DNA of 64,000 nucleotides, taken from assembly GCA_026770705.1 (NCBI GenBank), contig JANJGN010000052.1, positions 1,240,001 through 1,304,000 of the forward strand, in the 5' to 3' direction. Source of the DNA: Isurus oxyrinchus. Taxonomy: Eukaryota. Within the stretch, counting starts at the first letter, position 1. Every line of letters begins with the position of its first letter. Shown here one piece after another: positions 10,840 to 23,355 of this stretch. A program made the position numbers and the translations under genes. A model generated the notes under the pieces. It was not told the origin of the DNA. It was given only the letters and a program-made list of their open reading frames with translations, and searched no databases.

Positions 10840-12650
10840 GCACGCAAAGGGTTAACAGTTTTCTAACTGTGCGAGGCAAAGAGCTGCTTTCTCACTTGGT
10901 ACTAACCACTTCCTCATTTTGTCTCACAGTGACACATCAACCCTTTCTAATTCAACACACAGAGGGAGCAGCACAGGAAGAGGTCATTCAGCCCAAGCAG
11001 AGCGGGTGGGCAGTTCCTCCCCAGGCGAGCAGTCGGACAGGTCCTGGGTAAGTAACGGAACGATTGGAATTCACTTCCACGACCAACACCGTCCTTTGTT
11101 GATGTTGTGACTTTATAAAGACAGATTCCAATGATTGATGCCTTTGAAAGATTTCTACTGATTATTGAGATCTGGGTGTGAGACTCAAGTCTGTTGTACA
11201 GAACATCTTTCTAGCTCAAGGGATGAGGGAAGAGCAGGGACATGAGCTTTGGGGTGTCCTAAGCAGGTGAAAGGCGATATAGAAATGCAAGTCCTTCATT
11301 GTTTTACTTTCTTAAAGCCTTGTAACAATCTGCAGAGCACCTATCATCCCACAGAGAATGAAATTAGTCTCTGAAGACATTGTCTAAAAGCAGTTCTGAT
11401 CTCTCGAGAGGTGTCGGACAAGAGGTGAGGTCTCATTAACTCATTTCTCTTTCACAGCTTGAGAACCAATGAAATACCTGGGAGTGGACAATGATCAGGA
11501 AATCTTACTTCCTCCTGTCACTTCTCCAAGGTAATATCATTGTCAGCTCGGACAGATTTATGGCTAATCATCTTTGTAAAACATAATTCTTATTGAGCTC
11601 TGATTGGGAACAGATTCAGCAGTGAGCCAGTGTACAAACTCACACCAAGTCCCATTCACCCATCACCCCTGTGCTCACTGATATACACTGACTCCCTGTC
11701 TGACAGCAGAATTGGAGGAGACCAGGGGACTTTGAGGTTTGCATGGTTGGAGGAGAAAGTGATTGGAGAAGAGGAATGGAGGGAATGGAAATTGAGGATG
11801 AGAGTCTTAAACTCGAGGCTCTGCTGGACTGGGAGCCAGTGCAGGTCAGCGAGTGGCAGAGGGTGTGAGGTGTCGAGTCGAGAAACAGTGATAAATACTG
11901 GGGGATGAAGTCTATCCTGATGCTTGGACTCCGATAGCAAAGGAATGAAATTTGTGTCTTTTCCTGATTTTAATCAGAATTTCCCATGAAGACAACACAG
12001 CAGCTCCTAGAATAGACAGGCTGTTCAGTGTCACACTTCCTGTCCATTCTCACCTTGCTAGAAACTTCAATAAGGGAGCAAGATAACTGAAAGAGAGAAG
12101 GAAGGTAAAGCTGTCCGTGTGTAAAGGTGTCAATATTCAGTTTGCATATTTGTCTTTCTCTCGACACATGCAGAGCTCAGGCTAGAGGCACTTTGTTAGT
12201 GTGTTTCACAGTCTCTGCTGGAGTAGGGTCAGTGCTGAGCTTGGGGACAAGTCAGTCTACAATGCTGCATCGGAATCAACAATACAACAATATGGGGTTT
12301 GGATCAGAAATAATCCCTTAGACAATGAGGATCCAAAGAGATTCCTTAGACAATGAGGATCCAAAGAGATTCCTTAAACAATGAGGATCCAAAAAGATTC
12401 CTTAGACAATGAGGATCCAAAGAGAATCCTCAGACAATGAGGATCCAAAGAGATTACTTAAATAATGAGGATCCAAAGAGATTCCTCAGACAATGAACAT
12501 ACAAAGTGCACCAATCAGATTGAATCAGATTAGCCATTCAGCTGTGTTGAAGAGCAGACAGGAATGTTAGGCTAATTAGTGATTCATGACGGTGATAATG
12601 GGGGGAGTTCTGAGGGCTCCTAATCCATTGTCCTGTCTTGTAAATCAGCA
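10840..12650 (+). pseudogene. Orphan Siglec 5' fragment: promoter, non-coding exon (donor 11048), leader exon 11458-11530, part of intron
   Basis: PU.1-like CACTTCCTCATTTT 10907-10920; ATG 11491 MIRKSYFLLSLLQ G|gtaat; 12163-12650 duplicates 450-935; no V exon follows. Confidence 0.7.
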
Positions 12651-13705
12651 CCTTAATACTGACCCTCCAACAGTGCAGCACTCCCTCAGTACTGACCCTC
12701 CAACATTGCAGCACTCCCTCAGTACTGATCCTCCAGCATTGCAGCACTCCCTGATTAATGTCCCTCTGACAGTGCAGCACTCCCTCAGTACTGACCCTGA
12801 AACAGTGGAGATCTCCCTCAGTACTGACCTTACAATAGTGCAACACTCGCTCAGTAATGACCATCCGACAGTGCAGCGCTTGCTCAGTACTGACACTGGG
12901 GAGTTTCAGTCTACTCTGTGGGGCAGACGTCCCCTGAATCGGGTCTTGAATCCCACAACATTCTGACCCCCTGAATTTGGCTGTGAAACCCACTGACCCA
13001 CAGGAGAAACTCCTGGTCAATGACTGTCCACCTGTGAGCAGAAATATCACCACAGGGTCAGGACACAAAGTTCACCAACATCTCAAAACATGAGCTGCTC
13101 TGTCACTTTGATCCAACTTCCTCATTTTGTCTCACAGAGACACATCAACCCTTTCTCACTAAATACACAGAGGGGGCAGCACAGGAAGAGGTCATTCAGC
13201 CCAAGCAGAGCGTGTGGGCAGTTCCTCCCCAGGCGAGCAGTCGGACAGGTCCTGGGTAAGTAACGGAACGATTGGAATTCACTTCCACGACCAACACCGT
13301 CCTTTGTTGATGTTGTGACTTTATAAAGACAGATTCCAATGATTGATGCCTTTGAAAGATTTCTACTGGTTATTGACATCTGGATGTGAGTCTCAGGTCT
13401 GTTGTACAGAACATCTTTCTAGCTCAAGGGATGAGGGAAGTGCAGAGACATGAGCTTTGGGGCATCCTGAGGAGGTGAAAGGTGCTATAGAAATGCAAAT
13501 CCTTCATTGATTTTCTTTCTTAAAGCCTTGTAACTCTCTGCAGAGCACCTATCATCCCACAGAGAATCAAATTCTTCTGTGAAGATATTGTCTAAAAGCT
13601 GTTCTGATCTCTTGAAAGCTGTCGGACAATAGGTGAAGTCTCATTAACTCCTTTCTCTTTCACAGCTTGAGAGTGAGAAGTGGATGGACTATCTGGGAGT
13701 GGACA

Positions 13706-13745
13706 ATGATCGGGAAATCTTACTTCCTCCTGTCACTTCTCCAAG
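13706..13745 (+). CDS. Siglec gene B leader exon (coding part)
   Basis: Acceptor ttcacag at 13665; MIGKSYFLLSLLQ G|gtaat, phase 1; upstream non-coding exon donor at 13256 and PU.1-like ACTTCCTCATTTT at 13116-13128. Confidence 0.75.
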
Positions 13746-14435
13746 GTAATATCATCGTCAGTATGGACAGATTTATGTTTAACAGTTTTTGTAAAAGATC
13801 ATTCTTATCTCTTTATCTCTGTAACGTCCTGCAACTCAACCAAACAACTTCCCAGATCTCTGTGTTACTCCAATTCCGGCCTCTTGACCATCCCCCGATT
13901 CCCATCACTCCAATAGTGGCGGCCGTGCCTTCAGCTGCCTGGGGCCTGAGCTCTGGAATTCACTCCCTAAACCTCGGCGATGGAGGAGATCAGAGGGTTT
14001 CATTTTACTGAGAATCACCACGACCACATCACAGCTGCAGTCAGAATAGACAGAGAGTCCAGCCCTCACACTTCCTGCACAGTTTCACCATAGCAACCAC
14101 AATAAGGAAGTAAAATAACTGAAAGTTAAACCGAAGCCAAACCAGTCGGTGTAGAGAGATGAGATGTTTACACAGTTTCCCTGTGTATCTTGTAGACACT
14201 GTGTTGGGTGGAAGACTGGCTTCAGTAAACAGAGTCCTGAGGACCATGAGCCAATGTAGAATGAACTTGTCCACTCCTGTGTCCAGGATTCTCTTCCATC
14301 CATTGTGAAACCTTGGGGACTTCCTTGTGTGTCCTGTAGATGGTCCTCACTGCAGCCACTGTGCCCCAGTGATGGAGGGGGTGGATATCGAGTCTAGTGG
14401 ATTGACAAACCATCCAGAGTTAAATATTGATATTT

Positions 14436-14467
14436 ATATTACCCTGTAACCCGGCTTCACGGTTCTG
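14436..14467 (+). pseudogene. Siglec gene B V-set exon remnant (about 348 bp deleted)
   Basis: Flanks align to gene A 1288-1534 and 1883-2110; acceptor and nearly the whole V exon are missing, donor at 14468 retained. Confidence 0.85.
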
Positions 14468-15326
14468 GTAAGTGCTGCGTTATAATTACTCAACAATTCA
14501 CATCCAACACTCAATGGGAAATAACACTAACTGTGACGTTTACATATTAACACAAAACACAGCTTATTATAACACACTGTCTGATTCTCAATAACCTGGT
14601 GATCGCTTCCAGTTCAGTCCTAAAGCAACCTCTAATACTCACTTTAATATCAATGATGAAAAGCATTAACTGTATTATCAGGTTATCCATTCCCATCAAT
14701 CTCTCCTGTCCTGTTTAAAAGTCTGACGTATCGATAAAAGAAAGATGTGCATTTCTGCTGCGCAATTTACCACCTCAGGAGGATCCAAATCCCTTCACAG
14801 CCAATGAAATTATTCCTGAATTGTAGTCACAGATGTTAAACACAGCAGGCAGTTTGTGCACAGCAAGATCCAACAAACCACAAGGTGATAAATCACCCAG
14901 ATCACTGAGGAAATGAGAAGCCAGTGAACTCAAACCTCTGGTCTGATGAAGAGTCATACGGACTCGAAACGTTAACCCTGTCTTCCTCTCCACTGATACT
15001 GTCAGACCTGCTGAGTCTTTCCAGCAATTTTTGTTTTGGTTTCAGATTTCCAGCATCCGCAGTATTCTGCTTTTAACTCCAATCTCTGGTCTGAGCCTCT
15101 TCTCTCATCCAGTGTTCTCAATTCACATGTCTCGGAGTGAACGTGTATTAAGCTGAGAGACAGAAACACTACTGCCAAAGAGCAAGAAAATCTTTCCTGA
15201 TCATTGTAACCTCTCAGTTCTGATATCATCCTTGTAAAAGTGCTTTCTCTTGTGGGACTGTGATTTCTATTTGAACTGATGGTTCACGTTATATTTCTCT
15301 AAAAGGATCCATTCTCTGTCTGTTAG

Positions 15327-15623
15327 ATTTCACAGATAAACCCATGATATTCCCTGCTGAAATTATTGCAGGAAAGCGTGTGGATGTAAGCTGCACCTTC
15401 AACACAACGTGCAATGGAACAGCAGCACCTGTCTTAACCTGGGACACTCCCACTGACGTACCTGGATCAGTCTCAAACACTGTAACTCAGCATGGTGTCA
15501 CTCTGACCTATACTTGTGTTGTGACCCTGATTCCATCACTCAAACACCACGGACACACTCTCAGCTGCAGAGTGAGATATCCATCTGTTTCATCGGAGCG
15601 GACCCTCGTACTAACTGTGCAAG
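15327..15623 (+). CDS. Siglec gene B C2-set exon 1 (intact)
   Basis: 297 nt, about 6 substitutions versus gene A 2314-2610; AG/GT intact, phase 1/1. Confidence 0.85.
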
Positions 15624-15945
15624 GTAATTACATACACTTTCATTCTACATCAGCACTCCCTCAGCGCTGACCCTCTGACAGTGCAGCCCGTTCTCAGTAT
15701 CCACATTCTCAGACCTCTCTAAGTGCTTCAAAGTCGATAGAAGTTAATTGATCTTTATTTGATTATTGCTGAATGAAGAGACAAGCTGTCTAAACTTTAC
15801 ATCTCGCACACACCATTCTCCATGGCAACACCTCCACCTATCAGAGACCACTTGCCAACCAATCAGCACTCTCTTCCCATTAAGTATAAATTGTTGTTCA
15901 CTTTCTGTTGGTAATCCTGTGAACGGGCTTCTTGATTCCTGCCCT

Positions 15946-16098
15946 GACATCTTAATGTCCCAATGAACAGAACAACTTCCAACAATGAGCTGTGGTTAGT
16001 GATTCCTCACATTACATCCAGGGACACTGGAGACTATCAGTGTGTGGCAGAGAATGAACATGGAGCAGTGGAGGGATTCATAACCATCACTGTGGAAC
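15946..16098 (+). pseudogene. Siglec gene B C2-set exon 2, 5' half and acceptor replaced by a ~185-bp insert
   Basis: HLNVPMNRTTSNNELWLVIPHITSRDTGDYQCVAENEHGAVEGFITITVE|gtgagt; homology to gene A breaks at about 15761-15945. Confidence 0.8.
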
Positions 16099-17776
16099 GT
16101 GAGTGTACACAGACTTCAACATCTCTCGCAGATTCGAACACGACACAAACACCCTCAAACATACACATCTAAGTAGACACATGCAGACACACATATATGA
16201 CCACACAGAAAGACACACTCACACACAAACACACTAACACACACTCCCCTGTGGGCTACCTGACCTCCCTCAGTACTGCCCTGGAGAGTTGGCCTGAATT
16301 CTGGGATTTGTGTTCCCATTCATATTTATGCAAGAATATGGAAATTACAAAGTCTATTACAGACAGTCAGATGCATAGAGACACTCACAGATACTCTCTG
16401 CCTCTCCAACTCTCTCTCTCCCTTTAAGAAGCTTCCTGAAAGCTCACCCTTCGAACAATCACCGGTCCCAAATCCTCCTTATCTGATTTGTGTGATTTTC
16501 TTTGTGTATTTGAGAGTAAGCGAGAGGTGGAGAGGTTTAGGAGGAGAATTCCTGTTGGTGAAAAGCTTACATCATGTTCTCACCTTTCCAGTGCCCATAT
16601 TTTACATGATGTCCAATGTCCTTGTTCATAATGGGAATTGCCTATGTAAACATCACGCTGTAGTTACAGTCTCCTACCAGTGGTGGCATTGTAGCACTTA
16701 ATCCTTGTGTTTCCCAGCTTTTCAAGCAACTCCACTTCCCAGTTTGCTCCACAAGCTGTGAGTTCATTGGAATTCAATTATTTCTCAAACGGTAGATTTG
16801 ATGTCATTTTATTGAAAACTTCCTCAGTGCCTCCCTGAAGGGTTGACACTCTCTGGGAAGCAGGAATAGGCTGGATGTTGGGGAGTTCATCTTTTCCCAA
16901 AGAGTAGTGATCCTCGGGAATGTGCTGTCAGTGGGTGTGGTGGTTGCTGATTCTCTGTCGCCTTCAAGAGGGATCTGGAGTGGTTACTGACTGGGGGAGA
17001 GATCATGGAAACGGAGAATGATACAGCACAGGAGGAGGCCATTCAGTCCATTGTGCCTGTGCCAGGTCTTTCAATGTTCTATCCAATCAGATCCAATAAC
17101 CACCATTCCAATTTGCCACCATCTTCCTCCTTTAAGTATTTATCCAATTTCCCTTTTGAAAGTTCCTATTGAATCTGCTTCCACCGCCCTTTCAGGCAGC
17201 ACCTTCCAGATCACAACAACTCGCTCTGTCAAAACAAATTCTCCTCATCTCCCCCTTCGGTTCGTCAATCTGTGTCCCTCTGGTTACCGAGCCTCCTGCC
17301 CCTTAAGTACATTGATACTGTTCACCTCAACCACTCCCTGTGGGAGCGAGTTCCACATTCTCCCCTCTCTCTGGGTAAAGATTGGAACTGTTTATTAAGT
17401 GAGGCCTGTAAGTCCGTGGGGGAGTCCATCTCGATCCTGCCCGATTCGTACACGCGTCCGAGATGGATTTCCACCCTGCACTAAACGTTTCCAGAATTTT
17501 CTACAGCACAATCCTGTACACAACGATTGGGAGAAACATTGGACAGGGAGTCCAACAGCACAATGATCCATTCTCACCAATGTTCCACGCTAAGGGGAAA
17601 GTTCCGATTGTCCACTCTTAGAGTGTTTACAATGAAAACATTCATTCCACATTGAATCCCAGTGGATGGGTCAATATTACAACAAATGTTGCAGTGATAT
17701 GAAGCTTGATTGTTCAGCCAGAGTGAGAGATTGAAAGCGGAGAGTCAGTGATGATTTCTTTCTGTGTGTTCTCTAG

Positions 17777-17916
17777 ACAGTGGAGGAGAGATTCTGCACG
17801 TGATCCTGATCCTGGGAATACGAGCTGTGATATTCCTTGTGGCTGTGGTTATCACTATCGCTGGAGTCTGTGTCTGGGAGAGACAAACAGTGAAAGCAAG
17901 TCGACAGACTGTTTGA
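17777..17916 (+). CDS. Siglec gene B transmembrane exon, activating type (Arg in TM, short Tyr-free tail)
   Basis: ctctag|AC AGT GGA...: SGGEILHVILILGIRAVIFLVAVVITIAGVCVWERQTVKASRQTV*; CGA (Arg) at 17821-17823; phase 1 matches upstream Ig exons. Confidence 0.8.
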
Positions 17917-18019
17917 AGCTTTGTACAGCAACAATCTGATCAGTCAGTGCGGACAAATAACGTGTGATGTTGGGTTAAGTTGTAATGAAACTGGTCAGTG
18001 TCCTGGTTAGAATCACCTT

Positions 18020-18640
18020 CGTATCAGAGAGGCATTCCAGCACAGTGGGAGCCCATTCAGCCCATTGAGTCCATGCTGTCTCTCTGTAGAGCAATACAGT
18101 CAGTCCCATTTCCCCCGCTCTATCCCCGTATCCCTGCAAGTTTATTTCCCCTCAAGTGTCCAACCAATTTCCTTTTGAAATCGTTCGTCTCCGCTTCCAC
18201 CATCCTCGTAGGCAGCGAGTTCCAGCTCATTACCACTCGCTGTGTAAAAAAGTTACTCCTCACATCCCCCCTCTGCCCAAAACCTTCAATCTGTGTCCCC
18301 CAGTCCTTGTCCCATCAGCTAATGGCAACAGCTTCTCTTTGTCTGCCTTATCTAAACCCATCATCATCTTGTACACCTCGATCAGATCCCCCCTCAATCT
18401 CCTTTGCTCCAAGGAGAACAACCCCAGCTTCTCCAACCCAACCTTGTAGCTAAAATCCCTCATCCCTGGACCCATTCTGCTCAATCTCCTCCCCACCCTC
18501 TCAAGGACCCTCACTTCCTTCCCAAAGTGAGGAGACCAGAACTGGACACAATACTCTAGTTGTCACCTAAACAGAGCTTTATAAATGTTCAGCATAACCT
18601 CCCTGTGTTTGTACTCAATCCCTCGATTTATGAAAAGCTT
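18020..18640 (-). mobile_element. CR1 LINE 3' fragment
   Basis: LEKLGLFSLEQRRLRGDLIEVYK motif. Confidence 0.85.
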
Positions 18641-18849
18641 ATTCTTTCCATCAGCACAAACAGCAATTTCCAAGCGGACTCCCATCAGCAGACAGAGTGC
18701 AATGAAACATCGGCATGCCTGCTTCTTAATGTACGGAGAGAAACCTGGAACGAGAGATTCTCCTTCTTCTCCTCAGCAAGCTGAAACTTTTCCTTATACC
18801 TGGTGCTCCCCAGTCCTGCTGTGTGGACACATCATAACCACGGCATTGT

Positions 18850-19035
18850 CTGGCTGTGTGCAGCCAACATGGTCGAATAGGAATGAACAGAAATGTGACA
18901 TTGCTAAACTCTGTTCTCTGATTGGAATGTGCTTTCTGAATGCTGCACCTTTTTCATGCTGCAATAGATTGTAAGAAGCATTTGGGTTATGAATAAAATT
19001 ACATTGATTAACACAAGTGATTAAAATGCTCAGGC
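18850..19035 (+). other. Siglec gene B 3' UTR-homologous segment with poly(A) signals
   Basis: Homologous (inverted) to 56850-57030 and 54725-54750 downstream of the gene C stop; AATAAA 18992-18997 and ATTAAA near 19020. Confidence 0.6.
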
Positions 19036-21389
19036 TGTTCTGTAGATATTTAAAGATTAAAATTCTTGTTTTGCTGCAAAATACTTGGCTCAAAGACATT
19101 ACTTCATATTGTCATGTTTTCCAATCAGATGAATTCCTCTGTCCATCTTTATAATAGAAATTTCCAATGTAAACATGTCACATTGTAGCTGCACACACTT
19201 GCCAGTGGCTGGTGTGATATCAAAGCTGTCTTGCTGTCGAGAAACAGCGAGAAATATTCCTGTTGTGTGCATGAACTTCATGTTAGCATGAGACACAGGC
19301 ATCAGATACAATTTTGTGCAATTTGTACAATGTTCTTTAGACAGCGGAGCACTCCCTCAGTACTGACCCTCCAACAGTGCTGCACTCCCTCAGTTCAGAC
19401 CCTCCTACAGTGCAGCACTCCCTCAGATCAGACCCTCCGACAATGCAGCACTCCCTCAGTTCAAACCCTCCGACAGTGCAGCACTCCCTCAGTTCAGACC
19501 CTCCGACTTTGCAGCACTCCCTCAGTTCAAACCCTCAGACAGTGCAGCACTCCCTCAGTTCAGAACCTCCGACAGTGCAGCACTCTCTCAGTTCAGACCC
19601 TCCGACAGTGCAGCCCTCCCTCATTTCAGACCCTCCGACAGTGCAGCACTCCCTCAGTTCAGGCCTCCGACAGTGCAGCACTCCTTCAGTTCAGACCCTC
19701 CGACAGTGCAGCACTCCCTCAGTTCAAACCATCCGACAGTGCAGCACTCCCTCAGTTCAAACCCTCCGACAGTGCAGCTCTCCCTCAGTTCAGAGCCTCC
19801 GACAGTGCAGCACTCCCTCAGTTCAGACCCTCCGACAGTGCAGCACTCCCTCAGTACTGAACCTCCGACAGTGCCGCACTACCTCAGTACTTCTCTGCCG
19901 ATGCTGCCAGACCTGCTGAGTTTTTCCAGGTATTTCTGTTTCTGTTTCTGTTTTGGATTTCCAGCATCTGCAGTTTTTTTGCTTTTAGTGCTGGGCAGTT
20001 CCTCAGCAAGGATTCGGGCCACAAAACATTGCGAGTGCTGTGGATCTGCGCCACGATTTAGAGAGCTGTGCTTGGCATGCCTATTCTAGTCCCAGTCCAG
20101 TGTGGTGGGGACAGCCTGGCAGTCCTGGGTTGGTGGTGCCCAGCATGGTGTGAGTGACGTGGTCAGTCCCTCACACACGTCGGTCCTGGGGGTGGGTGGC
20201 TTGATACTAGGCCGCAGGTGGCACAATCCCAGTCAGGGGAGGCATCTGCAGCCTGTCAGTGGGGAGCAGGTAATATAGAGAGTAGGGGTGGGGGTGGGAA
20301 TCGAGGGGGGCCGGTGGTCTCTGTAAGTCACAGTACAATGGGCCTCTAGTTGGAGAGAGGTCAGGTCTACATGGGGCATTGGGATGTCAACATCAGACAG
20401 TCTAGGGAGGAGGACTGGGATGTCAACCCCGAACACAATAAGATCAAGGATTAGAGAGGAAGGGAGGAGACTGATTGGAAGGAGGGGAATGTGCACATTA
20501 TGCTCCTCCAGCACGATGGGAGGGACTGTGATGGTTACGGGGGTGGGGGGGGTGAAGTGGGAGGGGATAGACGCTTACCTGGTGGTATTGCCTCAGCCTC
20601 ACCCTTTTTCAAGCTGATCCAATGTCGCAGTTGAAGAATAAGCTACAAAACAAATTGGCAGGGGAGGTCTCCCAGGGCCTGTGGGAGACATCACCCACTG
20701 CATCTTTGGCCTGTTTGAAGGGGCACCCGAACAATTCCGGCTTTTCCAAATGATGAGGAAGACACAGCTGCACCCCGAGTCCCCTACTGGGGATCCAGAA
20801 GGTTGCAATAGCGCTGCGAGGGACTCATGGGCTCCACAGTGACTCCCTAATTAGCGACTGGAAGGTTTATGTTCATTTATCTTTATTATCCGTTCATATT
20901 GAGCAATGGAGCTCCTGATCTGACACCTTTCTGTACCTCGTCCAATGCTTCTGTTATCAGGACTTCCACATCGATGTGAAAGAGCCATGATGATAGCAGA
21001 CAGTCGCACAATGGGAATGGCACTAGGCCAGTGATCCAGAGGCCCAGGTGAATGCTTTGGAGGTACGGGTTCAAATCCCACCACGGCAGCTGGAGGAATT
21101 TAGATTCGATTAATCAATAAATTTAATTGATTGATACATTTTTTTCTTATTCATTTCAGGGATGTTGGTGTCGCTGACTAGGCCAGTATTTGTTGCCCAT
21201 CCCCATTTGCCTTTGAGAACATATGGATATCTGAGTTAGGATCAGGAGTAGGTCACTCAGTCCCTCGAACCTGCTCCGCCATTCAGTAAGATCATGGCTG
21301 ATCTGATTGTCACCTCAACCTCACATTCCTGCCTACCCCCAATGACCTTTCACCCCATTGTTAATCAAGAATCTATCTAGCTCTGTGGA

Positions 21390-23355
21390 AGGGGAGCCAA
21401 TCAATCGGGCTGCTTTGTCCTGGATGGTGTCAAGCTTCTTGAGTGTTGTTGGAGCTGCACTCATCCAGGCATGTGGAGAGTATTCCATCACACTCCTGAC
21501 TTGTGCGTTGTAGATGGTGGACAGGATTTGGGGAGTCAGGAGGTGAGTTACTGTCTGCAGGGTTCCCAGCCTCTGACCTGCTCTTGCAGCCACAGTGTTT
21601 ATATGGCTGGTCCAGTTCAGTTTCTGCTCAATGGTAACTCCCAGGATGTTGATATTGGGGGATTCAGTGATGGTAATGCCATTGAATGCCAAGGGGCGAT
21701 GGTTATGAATGGTCTGTGGGATATTCTGGTACAAAATGTCAACACTCGGACTCCAGATGCAATATTCAAGTGGTTCCTTTATTAGGCATGTGGGGAGCAA
21801 ACGCTGAGCAGTCCAGGCGCTTCTCCACCGAAGTTCAAATGAGCACAGTTTATATATTTTTTACTCTCAGTTACAAGGTAATGGTATTAGTTAGACAAAG
21901 GCCACAGCACAATGACCCTCCGGTGGGCTGATAATTGTGTTCTTGTACAGTAATTACAGGGCAGAGACTGGCTATTGTCCTTTTGAGACAGCAAAGAATC
22001 TATGTTTGCTCGATACAAAAGGTTTCCGGAGGCTGACTGGATGTGGTTCAAGGCCATCGGACGGTGTGAAATAACCTTCCCCAATTCTTGATTGAGTCAC
22101 CCTGTGTCCTTGTGTGTGTGTCTCCCATTTCCTCATTGCAAATTTCCAGCTGAGCCCTCTGTACAGGTTTTTAGCTTTCACGTAAGGATGTGATTGTCTG
22201 TGTACGCTTTGTCACCCTAGCTGCTGGTCCTGGCTGGCTCTTTAAAATAAATCCAAATTTTCTGCGCCTTCAGTTAGATTCTCTCTTGTTGGAGCTGGTC
22301 ATTGCCTGGCACTTGTGTGGCATGAATGTTACTTGTCACCTGTCAGCCCAAGCCTGGATGTTGTCCAGGTCTTGCTGCATTTGGACATAACTTGCTTCAG
22401 TATCTGAGGAGCCATGAATGATGCTGAACATTGTGCAAACATCAGCAAACATCCCCACTTCTGACCTTATGATGGAAGGAAGGTCATTGATGAAGCAGTT
22501 GAAGATGTTTGAGCCTAGGACACTACCCTGAGTAACTCCTGCAGTGATGTCCTGGAACTGAGATGATTGACCCCCAATAATCACAACCATCGTCCTTTGT
22601 GCTGGGTATGACTCCAAGCAGCGGAGAGTTTTCCCCCGATTCCCATTGACTCCAGTTTTGCTCGGGCTCCTTGTTTTGCCACACTCAGTCAAATGCTGCC
22701 TTGATGTCAAGGGCAGTCACTCTCACCTCACCTCTGGAGTTCAGCTCATTTGTGCATGTTTGAACCAAGGCTGTAATGAGGCCAGGAGCTGAATGATCCT
22801 GGTGGAACACAAACTGAGCGTCAGTGAGCAGGTTCTTGGTAAGCAGGTGCTGCTTGCAAGCGCTGTTGATGACCCCTTCCATCACTTTAGTAATGATCAA
22901 GAATAGACTGCTGGGGAATTGGCTGGGTTGGATTTGTCCTGCTTTTTGTGTACAGGACGTACCCCATAGCCGGGTAGTTGCCAGTGTTGCAGCTGTACTA
23001 GAAAATTCCAGAAAAGCTTGGCTAGGGGCGCAGCAAGTTCTGGAGCACAAGTCTTCAGTACTATTGCCGGAATAATGTCAGGGTCTGGAGCATTTGCAAT
23101 ATCCAGTGCCTTCAGCCCTTCCTTGATATCACGTGGAATTAATCGAATTGGCTAAAGATTGGCATCTGTGATGCTGGGGACCTCAGGAGGAGGCCGAGAT
23201 GGATCAGCCACTCAGCACTTCTGGCTGAAGATTGTTGCGCATGCTTCAGTCTTGTCTTTTGCACCGATGTGCTGGGCTCCTCCATCATTGAGGATGGGGA
23301 TATTTGTGGAGACTCCTCCTCCAGTGAGTTGTTTAATTGTCCACGACTGGATGTG
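21390..23355 (-). mobile_element. CR1-clade LINE ORF2 (RT) fragment with nested solo LTR
   Basis: ALDIKAAFD, GVTQGSVLG, FINDLP, MFADVCT, NILGVTIEQKLNWTSHI motifs across frameshifts. Confidence 0.9.
21706..22272 (-). mobile_element. ERV-type solo LTR (567 bp)
   Basis: TGAA...TTCA termini, perfect 4-bp TSD GTTA (21702-21705 and 22273-22276), TATA near 21850 and AATAAA near 21780 on the minus strand; LINE sequence resumes exactly. Confidence 0.85.

Noticed and set aside
17748-17939. 63-aa Cys-containing ORF
   Set aside because: Wrong frame; the phase-1 frame gives a clear TM helix
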